Part shown: one piece after another, positions 1 to 12,730 of the stretch
Layout: every line of letters starts with the position of its first letter
Numbering within the stretch: position 1 is the stretch's first letter
Source: Takakia lepidozioides
Lineage: Eukaryota; Plantae; Bryophyta
Length of the DNA: 64,000 nucleotides
Assembly: GCA_030704615.1 (NCBI GenBank)
Contig: CM060731.1
Location: 36,890,001 to 36,954,000, forward strand
Direction of reading: 5' to 3'
Program-made: the position numbers and the translations under genes
Notes under the pieces: model-generated
The model's database searches: none
What the model saw: the letters and a program-made list of their open reading frames with translations, nothing else
Told to the model about the DNA's origin: nothing

Positions 1-3000
1 TTTTGGGTGGCCTGCCCCTTTCCTCACAAAGAAAAGAGGGATGGAACTTGCAGCTGTATTGCCTTGCCATGACAATAGATGTTTAGTTTATGGGCAAGGA
101 TCTCATTGAATACTGCTACTGGGCTACAATCCTTTACAAGGAACAGCTTTTTAAGCTCTCCCACTGGTGTCCACCAGAAATTGGGAATTTCCGCCGGTGG
201 AGAATGTACTCATTTCTGCCAATAGAGAGAGAGGGGAGAGAACATGGTAGCTTCATAAATTGTATTTCAATGCTGTCCACTTTTGGCATGTCAGTTACAT
301 CTCAAATTCCACCCGGTCATTGAGTGGATCATCACAATTCAGAAAGCTCAGATTCTTAGGTGGATCCAACTTTAAAGAGAAAAGTTTATTTCAGCCTTCC
401 ACATGAATCATTTGGAATTGTCACCCTGGAGCTTCCATGTCAGGATATTGATGCAAACACGTGTTCCAGGTAGACCTGCAATTGTGTTAGTGTCAGCAAA
501 TAAACCTCTCCAAGTAATGTCCCCATTCTCGGAACCCTCCATTGGAAGCTCAGAAACTACCTACCATCTGTACACTGCTTTTCAGAAACGGTTGGAACTG
601 GAAAAAGGTCCATTCTCTTTTTGCCAATCTCTCTGTCCGGAAGCAAACACTCATCAAATCAAAAGGATACATAACATTCCAAGTCCATCATCTATCTGCG
701 CATGAATCCAGTCATCAGAGAGAGAACTGCTGAGTCGTGAGCATTGGGAAGTAGAGAAACAACACAGTTGTTGTATGGAATTGCAAAAGAGAGATTTGTC
801 AGAGAAAGGAGACAGCCAACATTAGACAAAGATGTGTAGAGGTAGGTGTAATAAAAAATCCTGGGGACCCTCAACCTCTTGTTCATGCTTGAAGCTTCCA
901 TGGAGCAGATCTCCTTTGCTTTTCCACCCGCAACACTGAGGCCTCTCTCTTCTTCCTTGTCCCATGCAGGCAGCAGGGCTCTTGGATGAAATGATGGCCG
1001 CTCCAGTGGATGATGTAAGCCTGACTTAGTGTGGCAGGTTTTGGTCTGGAATGAACGAAGCGTGGATGGATGAAGTACATGTGGGGTCCCACAATAAAGC
1101 CCTGACACGTCATCGTACCATCCATCCATGCTCACTTGTCTAGTACTTGAAAATTTGTCCCATGTGGTCGCACCGATGAATGGGGTCCCCCTCATCCATC
1201 CACTGCTTTTTCTGTCATTCTGTGTACCCAAGGGAATGTTTTTTCTGTCATCCATATTTCCGACTATACAACTGAACGTTTTATTTTTTTATTTCTTGTA
1301 CGTAGAATTGAATATATACGGGATGGTACTCTGAGGAATATCGCTACTTAATTATAAGTATTATATATGTAATTGTTTTTCCTACAACTAATTAATATTC
1401 TTGTTAGTCTAGATGGCCAGCTGTTACCTCCACGTGATACCACAAAAATGTTTTTGCTTTAAACACAAACTGACTGTACCAATGTACCAATGCTCTCAGT
1501 AATCAAATATTAATCCTGCAGTTTAGTTAATATTCAAGTGGCTGATGTAGACAAAGACTGACTAAAACGTCACTAACTGTCTGAAAAGATACTAATATTG
1601 CACTCCAGTTAATTACCCAAGTGAGCTCTTTGGACAATCGCTGACCCGGGTTTAATTAGGGTTCATAAAATAAGCAACATCCTCCCTGTATCACTAGACA
1701 AACCCTGCTAACATTCTTGATACGAACTGACTAGCCACTAATCTCTAACTAACAACCCACTAACCTTAACTAATGTGGAAGCCCCAAGCCTGGACTTGGT
1801 CTGAAATGTAATGAGGCTGTGCCTGGAAAATGTAGAATAGTAGCCCACATGTTCGACCAAAACTGACTAAAAAGCTCATCTTGCTCTTCAATATTCTGCC
1901 CTCTCCAATCACAATTAGGTCAGAATTGGATTCCAGTCTTGTATCTTGTGCGCTCTTATGAGACACACCAAAACACGATCCCACCCAACGGTAAGCACAC
2001 CCCATGTGTTCCATAAAATAGAAAGTTCAAAGGCAGTGGTGTGGCCATAACAGAGCCTCAGAATATACCTTTTTGAAAAAATCAAATACTCAAATACACA
2101 GTTAAAATAAAAATAAAAATTCTATTTGATTAAAATCTTGAACACTATGGCACAGTTTTTTTTCTTCCTGAAGTACAGTGTATTTTTCAGCATACCTATA
2201 CCTATTCAAAATTGAGTACAAAAAACAACCGACACAACTTATGGAGTGCAGAGAGTGCATGTGGCAGGCTTTTGTCAGAAATCATGAAAATTGAATTGAA
2301 TAGATTATCCAGAAACTTTACTAGGTACTTACTACACTCCCCCTGTCCTGCGTCCTTTAAGTCAACCTAGTCTACCCTTACCCATAGGCGTATGATACGG
2401 TACATGGATGACGACGTTCATCCTAGACACATTCGTCCTCAGAGGAATGGAATGTAAATATTCCTCGAATAATAAAACCATCAATTGTCGAACCTAACCC
2501 GATAATATCATATTTGCAGCCTCCATTGAATTGGAGCATTAAACGCAGAGGGCAGCGAGCAAAGCATTTTTAGCAACCGAATTAGTGAGGTACTGAGCGC
2601 GTAGCTGAGGCCATAATGAGGTCATTACGAGCAAGATTAGCGAGGAGTGGCATGCACAACAAACTATGGGCTCGACGCTCGAGGCGCTCGTTTGCGGCGC
2701 CCCCCTTATTACTCCTAATTACTATTACTAACGCCTCCCATCTTGTCCTGCATTTATTTTTGGCTGCTGGGCCCCTTCGAATTAAAACAACGACAACGCC
2801 AGACCGAGATTCGACCCCGTGACCGCCGGCGGCTGATACGACTAGTGAGTGACTAGTGAGTCACTCTCGCGCTGTGGCCGTGCAGTGGAGCCACGGTAGC
2901 GCGTACGGTCGCGTGCTGACTAGCGTAGGCTTTTTTTTTTCCCGAAATATCCACACTTCCATGCAAATTTACGTCCCACGTCCATTTTATTATCGCTATT

Positions 3001-4231
3001 TTCTTTCTTTCCCTATTACTACTAGTACTACAGTCGCGGTTATAATTCAACCACTTGCTGATTTTCTGCTCTAATAGCCATTTAGCGGGGGAATTATAGG
3101 GTTAGCGAGGGGTAGGGTGATTGGCGGAAGTGCTGAGTTGGATTCCGAGCCCGGTACCTGCCTGCTTGCGAACTAAACTGCACTTATTACTGCTCCTCGG
3201 TAACTGGCTGCAAACGGGGGATCCTGGTTCGAATCCAGTTGAACGACTTTTATGCCACCAGCGGCCGCGTACGCAGTTTGATTTTAGTGTCGGGCGTGGT
3301 ACTTATTAGTACTTTGGTTTCGAAAATACTGGGCCGGGTACGAGGTGGGGCTACTTACATCGCCGGCGGCCGCGGAGCCGGTCGGAGATGGATCGGGCAG
3401 GGTAGAATCCGGAACACGTGTGACCGGGTTACAGGGTCAGTCGGCCGGGCAGGAGTCCCCGTTGCCGGATGTGCCCGGATAGTTACCGGGCGGGGGGAGA
3501 GGGGAGGTACCTAGTCTAGTTAGGGGGGGCTAAACCCTATGGTGACAGCGGGATGGCGTATTAGGGCGGGCTACGGCGACGTTAACGAGTAAAGTCTGCG
3601 CAGTAACTAGAGGGGAGGTTTATTTACCGCGCTTACTGGCAAACCTTTGTATCATCTTCACCTCTCCGTTCCCTTTTGCTCTCCTTCTTCTTCCCTATCC
3701 TAGGAGCATCTCACACCACCTCTTCCTCTTCCTCTCATCTGTCTCCAGGGAGCTCGCATTGTTGTTGCGCGTTTGTGCGGGTCGCATTATTTTTCTGCTT
3801 TGCAGCGGTATCGTTCTATCGTGGTCTGGGAAAAAATTGCGGAGGATAGATATATTAGTATCTTCTCGAGCCTTTGTTGATGCCTCTCTCTCTCAGCAGT
3901 GTGCGCACATGGTCTGTTTGTCGTGTAGAAACTACGGCACGGGATCTTCTTTCTTCATGAGCGAAGGCAGCAGGACTGGGAGAAGCAACTATGTTGCCTA
4001 CAATCTCAATGTCTGTCTGTTCCCCTCACGCTTGTAGATTTGCTACCTTAGGTGCGTTTGCTGTGTCATTCTTGAGGACGACGTGACCTGGACGCGAAAC
4101 AGAAAGCTACAGATACTGGCAGGTGGTTGTCCGGTTGCTTCAGCATTGTTGTCCCTGTCGGCCTCCACGTACTTACCAGATCACAGCGGGGGCGGCAAGA
4201 TTTTTTATTCTCCCGAACATCTACTGCGGCC

Positions 4232-5138
4232 ATGAGTGCCAGTATCATCAATAGCCTCACATCATCTTCACGGATCCTCCTTCTTACCGTTTTGTGTGTT
4301 TTGCTTATTCTGCCAATCACCTGCGCGGACTCTCACACAGGTTGGCTGTTCTTTTGTGCCTCATTGCCGTGGGAAATAGTTTCTGCATCGAGTTTCAAGG
4401 ATGACATTGCAGTAATGGTATCATGAACTTGCAACAGCAATTGATCGTGGAGTTTCGTTTTGCCACTTGCACTCATGTGCTGGAATTCTGTCGCTTGTTC
4501 ATGCGTTGCAGGTTTGGAGGAGGTAATTGAGTCTCTGGAACAGGAGTTTAATTCAAGCAGGCCTATTAGGAAGAGCTACCCTAACACCGAAGAGGGAGAG
4601 CAATTTCAAAGAAAAAAAACCAAGTTTGCAAGTCGGAAACTTCTAAATGGCGGTAAGCTCCTCATTTTTGGCCCCTCATCTTTGCTGTAGTTTAGAGGTA
4701 AGGAAGCGAAGCTCGATTGAGTGAACTGATACAGTAACATGTAGAAGTTGATGAAGGGCTCGTGAACTGGTACTCTATTTGCAGGAGGTCTAATGGTTGG
4801 TAGATCTGTTGCATATTGCAGACATGTGTACAAAGTATGATATAAGCATATCTCAGGGCCCGGCAAGCCCTCTCCCCAACGGCATTCCAACATTTAGCGT
4901 TCAGATCCTCAATCTATGCACCGTAGGATGTCCCCTCTCGAATGTGCGTGTGGCTTGTGGATGGTTCGCATCTGCCAAATTAGTTAATCCCAAGGTTTTT
5001 AGGAGGCTTAGGTTCAACGATTGCCTCGTCAATGATGGCAAACCACTAGGCCACGGAGATAGTGTGACCTTTCAGTACGCCAACTCTTTTGAGTATCCAA
5101 TGAGAGTCGAAGCTGTTGTCACCTGTAAACAGCCATGA
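4232..5138 (+). CDS. TPD1-like: TPD1 (TAPETUM DETERMINANT 1)-like secreted Cys-rich peptide, proximal isoform; exons 4232-4340, 4512-4652, 4822-5138
   Basis: Hydrophobic signal exon (MSASII...LLILPITCADSHT) and a propeptide exon ending SRKLL. The mature domain reads CTKYDISISQG...GIPTFSVQILNLC...C...ACGWFASAKLVNPKVFRR...DCLVNDG...FQYANSFEYP. Both introns are GT-AG and phase 1. Confidence 0.9.
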
Positions 5139-5773
5139 AATAAAGAAAGTTGTTTTGACATTTTGCCATCATATCCTCTTTCTAATCTGCTTCCATCATG
5201 TCTGCATGGTATGTTTGCCTTTGGTACGTCATAGCTCACTGCACTCCCCTCATGTGTCTGTGCACGTTAACACTTGTTCTATGAATATATATTCATTGAG
5301 CGGGATCCTGCAGAATACTGCATACGACCTGATCATGAGCCGTAAACTCGATGTGTGAAATTTCGCTTTTCACACCTCCAGTTGGAATTCAATATGCATG
5401 GCCTACTTTTAGTGGTAGTAAGATTCGCCTTCCCACGTCTGTCTCCTTCTGAAGACGTCGCTGTACTGTGCAAAACTGCGCGCTTCCGTGACATTTTCAC
5501 CTGTTGGCAGAAACTCCGTTAGATTGCCCTCATGTCCCCCACTTATCTGTGACGTATTAGTCACTATCTCGTGTGGGTGTGAACCTTTTCAGTATTCAAG
5601 GTGTTTAATTAGACAGTGGAGTACAGTTGCCCAAGTAACTAATCGGATTTGAATTCCAGTCATTTTGGAAATTAGTATCCTATCCCTATTTCAATTCAAA
5701 GACGTTGCTTCACATAAGTAGCATGAAGTGAGACCATATCCTCCCTCTTCACACTGTTATGGCTTTAATGCAG

Positions 5774-6350
5774 GGTTGGAGAGGAGGTTTAAGTCACCAG
5801 CAGGGAACCATAAACATTCAACTCTATCTTCGGAAGGAAATTTGCTTATCTCAGATGAGACGGCACATATTGTGGACAAAAGGACAAGATACTCAAACCG
5901 TCGAATCTTAGCAGCTAGTAAGTTCATCTTTCCTTTGCCAATTGCTGATTGGGATTAGGTTATCTACACCAGGAGAGGTCTGGTACAAACCACTGAAATC
6001 TGGTGGCAGAGGAATAACGACTGTGCATTTGTGTCGTTATTGCAGATCTGTGCTCAAACAAAGATATTAGCATATTTCAGGGCCGTGATGGCTCTTCAGG
6101 CATCCCACAGTATGTTGTGCAGATAGTCAATACTTGTATGACTGACTGTGCCCCCTCAGACATCCATTTGTTTTGTGGCTGGTTTGCTTCAGCTCCTCTG
6201 GTCAATCCCAATATCTTTAGACGAGTCGCATTCAATGATTGCCTTATAAATGGAGGCATGCCTCTACGGCATGGAGACATTGTGAGGTTTGAATATGCAA
6301 ATTCTTTCATGTATCCACTGAGATTCAAATCTGCCAAATTCTGCAAATAA
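5774..6350 (+). CDS. Second TPD1-like module: propeptide exon 5774-5917 plus mature-domain exon 6046-6350; no signal exon of its own found
   Basis: ATGCAG|GG acceptor; exon ends NRRILAA before a GTAAGT donor (phase 1). TTGCAG acceptor then LCSNKDISIFQG...GIPQYVVQIVNTC...CGWFASAPLVNP...DCLINGG...YANSFMYP. Confidence 0.8.
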
Positions 6351-6810
6351 AGCTGAATGGAACTCAATTTTGACCCATGGCAGGTGTTGATCTGACCTTG
6401 AAAATGAGTCTGGAGGGATTTTACTGCAGCAGTTGACTGACATGCCTGCCTCTACTAGATCATATGGCTTCTCCCAATGCTTTTCTTCCTTGTCAGCCTC
6501 AGAGAGGGTTTTGCCCAAATAGCAGCCAACTATCTCATTTGTCATCAGCTTGTTGATGGCTACCCCTCAAATGTCCTTTTCTCAGGGTTGTCAGGGTGTA
6601 GCTTGAACTCTACTTGGTGGACTGCTATAGATGTGTCCCACTGTCATTGGCCATAGCTCTGGCACGGGGACTGGGACTATCAGGTGGAATAGAAGGCATG
6701 GTTCTTACTACAGGTCGTATGTATTAAAACAAAGGAGGGTTGATGTTGTGAAAGGTGATGTGATGGTGGGAGGAATAATTAAGTGTCCATTTTTGTGGTG
6801 GATATTGCAG

Positions 6811-7115
6811 ATGAGTGCACAAACAAAGACATTAGCATATCCCAGAGTCGTGATGGCTCTACGGGCATCCCTCAATTCAGTGTTCAAATAGTCAATACTT
6901 GTATGTCTGACTGTGCCCCGTCAGACATCCATGTCTATTGTGGCTGGTTTGCATCTTCTCCTCCTCCCAATCCCAATACATTCACACGCCTCGCATTTAA
7001 CGATTGCCTTGTGAATGGGGGTCAGCCCCTTATGCATGGTGGCATCATCCAGTTCCAGTATGCTAACTCCTTCATGTATCCACTAAGATTTCGATCTGCC
7101 AAGTTTTGTAGATAA
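6811..7115 (+). CDS. Third TPD1 mature-domain terminal exon
   Basis: ATTGCAG|AT phase-1 acceptor; ECTNKDISISQS...GIPQFSVQIVNTC...CGWFAS...DCLVNGG...FQYANSFMYP, open to the stop codon. Confidence 0.85.
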
Positions 7116-8168
7116 TGACAGCCTGCGTTTACACCAGAACTTTAGTTTCTATAGAGAGTAGTTCTACCTGTATTAAAGGATTACAACGATTCTGTTTGAT
7201 TATCAGTAAACCTGGAATTTTCGTCCAATGAGGTCTTTCTGCACTTTGGCAGCAAGATTTTCTCTCTCTGCACTAGTCTTTCAGTGGCTTTGAAGTCTGT
7301 AATGTAGATGTCATAGAGTTTGACAACCTGACATTCATGGCCGATGAGATTTGATTTAGGGTGGCATTCTGGTGAAACTGTGGTTCTCTCTCTCTCTCTC
7401 TGCAGATTGATTCTTGTTTAAAGGGATTTCTAGAGGATATCTGGAAAAGTCAGCTCTCTCTCTCACTCTAAGTGGCTGCAGTGTTGAGAAGTGTGGGCAT
7501 GTTTTTGAGGGAGTTCAGAGACATTCGGTCTATCCCTTCATTGATCGGTACTGTCCACCGAACCCTTAACCGAAATCTTTCCTTCAACCACTATCAACCC
7601 AATATCTATTGGAGATGTCATAAGATGCCTCTGCATCTGTGGGTGAAAATCTGCTCATTGGCTTCAGTTGGGCATCGCTCTCATTGGCACTCAAATTCTA
7701 AATTTGTCAGTCTCTTGATCTGTGTACAAAATGTGATGTCTGTTGATCAGCAACATCTAATTTGATCAATCCATTGGCCATGGCTCTTCTTAAACAACAG
7801 ACACAAGAAGAGAGACGAGGTTGAAAGAATGAATGATTGAAATGATTATAACTTCTTACAGCCCCAAGTGGGGCCCGCATTTTAACCTATACAATAACTC
7901 CATATAAAGTGCACTCTGAAAATTATTTCATGATAATGCGGCTTCTTTAACCTCCTCCATAACTTCTTGCTACTAGCCTAGTAGCCTCACCTCTATAAAG
8001 TGCTATCAATTATTTTTGTTCTAAGGCGGCCCATTTAAGCACCTCTGTTAACCATGGGTATATGTTCAATCCATGTTCACAGTCAGTAAGAAGGTGGGTT
8101 TGATTTTATTTTATTTTTGGTAAGTTTTCTTAACCATGAGGCATGTTTTACTTGTACGAAGTATGGAA

Positions 8169-8350
8169 GATAAAGATAAAGATAAAGTTTCTTTAACGTC
8201 CAGTGAATTTACTGAGCAGCCTACTGCTCAACACACAGGCCATCGAGGGCCCAATGGACGGTCTGAAGGCACATGTTGAAGGATTGAACCCGGGATCACC
8301 TAGGTTATGCACAGGCAAGGCACAAACACTCAACCACTGGGCTACCTGCT
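8169..8350 (-). mobile_element. tRNA-derived SINE
   Basis: On the minus strand: A-box TAGCCCAGTGG (8344-8334), B-box GGTTCAATCC (8290-8281) and a (TTTATC)3 tail at 8169-8187. Confidence 0.6.
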
Positions 8351-10510
8351 CAAGAGATGGTCGTTTAGAAGCTGGGCCCGTTTAAAAGAGAGAGCGAGAG
8401 ATGACGTGAAGTTATCATACGTACGAGCCTCTTCCCTTTGCAGGTAACCCCGTTTATAATGAATGATAAAAACATGTGGAGAATTCAAAATGTATGATGG
8501 AATTTCACAATTATAAGGCCCAACTGACTGATAGCAATGTTAGACCCTGTATGATTTTATACTTTTGAAAGTCTAAGGTATACGCATTGCCATGAAAATG
8601 TTGTGTATGTGTGAAAGTGTGAATGGACAAAGGAAATTTATTTATGTGGAGTTCATTTCAAATGTTGAATAGAACCAAACACGTGACTACAACACGACGA
8701 ATTGTAGAAATCTAGTAATCATACGGTAATATCTACTATATCGTTGATATTGAAATGATAGATTTTCTTAAGAACAATATTCACCACAAGCGGGGAAGAT
8801 CTTTCTATCGATAATTATTATATAAATTTGTTATCTTGCCATTTGTTTAGAATACTCTTCGAATCTTGCTGTCTTATTTACTTATCCATTTTAAATGAAA
8901 AGGAGATGGAGGCCCTACCCATAAAATTAAAATGAGTCATGGAAAAAAATAACCTTGACAGAAGGCCTTGATGCGTTCATTAACAGAAGGGGACAATTTG
9001 CCAAAATGACCAAACTAGGGGTTCACTGGGGGTTAACTGAGAGTGCGCCAGAATCAAACCTTTCCTTTTTTTTGTTTTTTGTTTTTTTTTTGCGTTTGTT
9101 TTCTGAAGGATGCCTTAGCGACGGCTTCACTGGGGACCTTGAGGGGGAGTAGTAACTAGTAACCCCCTCTCACTGAACTTATAGACACTCATGCAAAACA
9201 AAAAACAAAATAGATGTTCTTACATTATTGGGTATATTTTATATACAAAATAACAACAATGCTTTTTGAATAACACGTGTTCAGCAAATGTAGACCTCCA
9301 TAATACCAAAGTCTAGCCAAAACTTTGATAAAAGTAATAGTCTATATATAGAGTCCAAAAGACATAACAGGGTCATTGGTCCTATTGTTTTTATTTTTTA
9401 TTTTTTTAATAAAACAGGGGACGGTGGAACGGGAATTTTTATTTGGTATTATTGGGGAGCTTTAAGAGCTAGTGCTTTAGCCCTATCCTACTACAAACCA
9501 TAAGTCTACAATATCTTCAATCCATAAAGTCCTACCTTAAATTTTATGTTCGAATATAATATGCTCATTAATGCAACCACGATATTGAATAATTTGGGAA
9601 ATCTCATACTTAATAACTGTATTATGATATGACCACGTGCTACAGCATACAAATATGCGAATTACAAATTACACGATGAACAATAGACAGACATGTTATG
9701 ATATGTAGAGTGATGCAACTTCACATAAAATTCTATTGAACGAGAATGGGAAGGCAAAGCGAAAGCTCTGAGGTGAATGGATGGATGTATTAAAGTTGAT
9801 GAACATTGGTACTATTTATCATGGATTTGGTTCAGTTAATGGATAGGTAAGACCAGGATTGCAGTGCAACAATTCATCATCATCCTTAATAATGTTTTCT
9901 CGTCCTTCAATAACTAAATCTTGATTGCAAATCTGTAGAACTAACAAACTCATTCATCTACAAACTCATGAGTGCAATCAACCAAACTAATTAACTCCCA
10001 CTCAAGTGTCATCTAACAAACTAAGCTCCCAGCAAACCCTAAAATATCATGACCATCCCACCAGTACACACACTTGCCTGGATGTAAAATCAAACCCACC
10101 CCTATCATGTAATATGATTGCTAAATACCACTACCCCGCCATTAAAAGGGCATTGATGTGAGGATCCACTTTCATCCATCTCTTTGTATTTCAAATCATC
10201 TATCCCATCCATCGCCGGCCTTTAACAACATCCAAAGCACTCATTTTTGCATCATCTCCCTTTTTGTCACACTTCATGATTTCCCTCTTCAAACCACTCA
10301 ATCACTCAATCAAGCATTTTCTAATTAAGAAATTATAATTATGCCAAAATTATGACAATATACAAACATTTCCCATAATCATTCCACCGCATCTACAAAG
10401 CATAAAGCTCTAAGTTAAATAAGCTGCATAAAGCTTAATTAGTAAAGCTCTCAAGGGCTTCCTCCCTTTTCATCAAAAAAAAAAAACAAACAAACAAACA
10501 AACAAAATTA

Positions 10511-10712
10511 CCACCAGTGGGTAGCTCAGTTGGATAGTGGACTAAGTGCCACCCAGGTGATTCTGGGTTCAAATCATGCTACCTTGTCGGGTGTGGTATA
10601 ATCTTCCCCCGCTATCATGGTGAGGTTACTATGCAAGAGGTTATTTTCTCCTCTCACTGTAATTAAGGGGCTTGATTTGTGAGCGGTGGTTTCCCTTTTT
10701 CTTTTCTTTTTT
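10511..10712 (+). mobile_element. tRNA-derived SINE
   Basis: A-box TAGCTCAGTTGG (10522-10533), B-box GGTTCAAATC (10566-10575) and a T-rich tail; no complete cloverleaf. Confidence 0.6.
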
Positions 10713-12161
10713 AAATGCTTACAGTGAAACAATAAGACTAGTAAAGTTCTAGTAAAGGGCTACCTCCCCTTTCACTATTTTAATTTTTTTTAAACATTTT
10801 TTTAAAAAAACATCCGTGTTTCTGTGAATGTTTTGCCTCCATGGCACTCCCCCAGAGGTTATTTTTTCCTTAGAAAAACAAAAAAGGTTTTCACTCGCAC
10901 AAATTAGCTGGAAGACGATCTGAGGGGTAAGAGATCTCGTCAACACTCATCCAATATGCATTCATCCAAGGCACGTATCCCGCACGTGTGGATCAGGGTG
11001 AGCCTATCCCGTCCCGTTGGACGCGGCCACCCGTGGAGCCCGACCGGCAACTGCCTCATTAACTCGGGTTCAGCGTTTACAGAGCCCCGCAGCAGCACTA
11101 CTAACTGCGGTCTGATAAAGATCCCGCGGCAGGCGCGCCAGTTACCCCAACGGTTCCGTCCCTGTCGCAGGTAACGGTCCGCGCTCGAACCGTTGGACAT
11201 CTCCCGGTCTTTGCCCTCCAGGTAAATATCTCTATATATTTATTTATTGGAACCTGGCTATGTTTTCTTCTTTTTCTTTTTTTTTCAAGGGAAACACCTG
11301 GCTATGTTCAAGGTGCGCGGCTCATAAGGGATTACTTCAATTTAGTTTACCTTCTGGTCAGACTCAGAATACCTGCCATCTGGTAAATACGGGTACACCA
11401 CATATCATCACGTATTTCACCTGAGAGAGGGGGAAAGTTATGGGCTCTGACCGGTAGACATTTGACCGTATGTATCACGTATGTGTTTATGTATGCGAGG
11501 AAAGCTGGTTTACGTGTATGGCACGACGGGGTCGACCCCACATTAAGCCGGGTGTCAGATCTCGGGCTTCTTTACTGCACTGGCAGGCCATTATGGATGG
11601 ATGAGATCATAAATGCGTTTTCTCAAGTCCAATATTTTTCATCCTATAAGCATTTGCTCATTGGCCTACCCCCTGTGGATATTTTCTAAATAATAATAAA
11701 TTATTATTAAACTAATAGGAAGCTTTTCTGACGATAATTTCAGAGCAGGCTATTTCTGGTGGGACGGATTAACCGATAAACAAGCCGCGACTCGACAAAA
11801 TTTAGGGAACGGAGGATGGATGGAGAAGGTGCAGCGCAGTGGATGGATGGAGTGTTCGGACGGAAACGGACGCGGTGCGGTGAAGCGGGGGCGGTCCGGA
11901 CAACCACCGCGCATGCAGCGACAGAAGCCGACAGAAATCGGTCCGTCGGCCCGACAGGTGCGGTCGGCTGTCTTGCCGCAATGTTGCGTGCCGGTTTTCC
12001 GGGGCACAGGTCCACCGACTACGGCAGGCGGGGAGGTAGGTACGTACAGGGCGGCAGTGCACGGGCCCGAGCACGGGTGCAGGCAGCACGGGTGGATGTG
12101 CGTGGGGCAGTGGTGTTTTCTCATTTTTCCAAAATCTCCACACGTGGGCCAGATGTAAATT

Positions 12162-12730
12162 CTGCCCAGCGCCCATGTGGCGAGGAGAACGAGGTGGCAA
12201 GCTTAGAAAAGTGGCTACATAACAGGTGGCACGTTTAACAGATCCACGTACGAAAATTCAGGCTCCTGATATTCACCTACTGGCGCCTTATGGCGGTGGG
12301 TGTAAATCCTACCGAGGGCCAGCGTTTCTTTGAAGGAATTTGGAAAACAGCACGAGTGGCTACAGAGTTTTGCAAAAATTTAGTCGTGCAACCTGTTCAT
12401 CCACTGAAATTCATCCATATCTGTACTTTAATCCATTTATATCATCCATATTTGGCGAGTTCATCCATAATTTATTTTTTATTTGGAGAAGTTTGGCAAT
12501 TTCATCCATGGCAAAACAGGGAATTTGTGAAAGAATATTCTATTCTATTTTTTGAGGTCGCAATTTGGCGATAAATCGCCAATAAAAGAATGGCTGCCCA
12601 ACACCCCTGTGGCAAAAATAACGAGGTGGCAAGGTTAGAAAAGTGGCTATATAGCAGGTGGCACGTTTTAACAGGTCCATGTAGGCAAAATTCAGGCTCC
12701 TGATATTAATCAACTACTGGCGCCTTATGG
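12162..12730 (+). repeat. Diverged direct repeat of ~130 bp (12162-12293 and 12594-12730)
   Basis: Both copies share AACGAGGTGGCAAG.TTAGAAAAGTGGCTA...AAAATTCAGGCTCCTGATATT...CTACTGGCGCCTTATGG. Confidence 0.85.

Noticed and set aside
1-2100. ORFs such as 692-1255(-) and 403-705(+)
   Set aside because: No recognisable domain or consistent splice model.
3224-3238. Perfect T-arm/B-box CTGGTTCGAATCCAG
   Set aside because: No acceptor stem, D-arm or correctly spaced A-box; not a tRNA gene.
10511-10590. tRNA gene
   Set aside because: A and B boxes are present but the cloverleaf does not close; treated as a SINE head.
11740-12238. Five overlapping ORFs in a GC-rich tract
   Set aside because: Expected from low stop density in GC-rich DNA; no protein motif.
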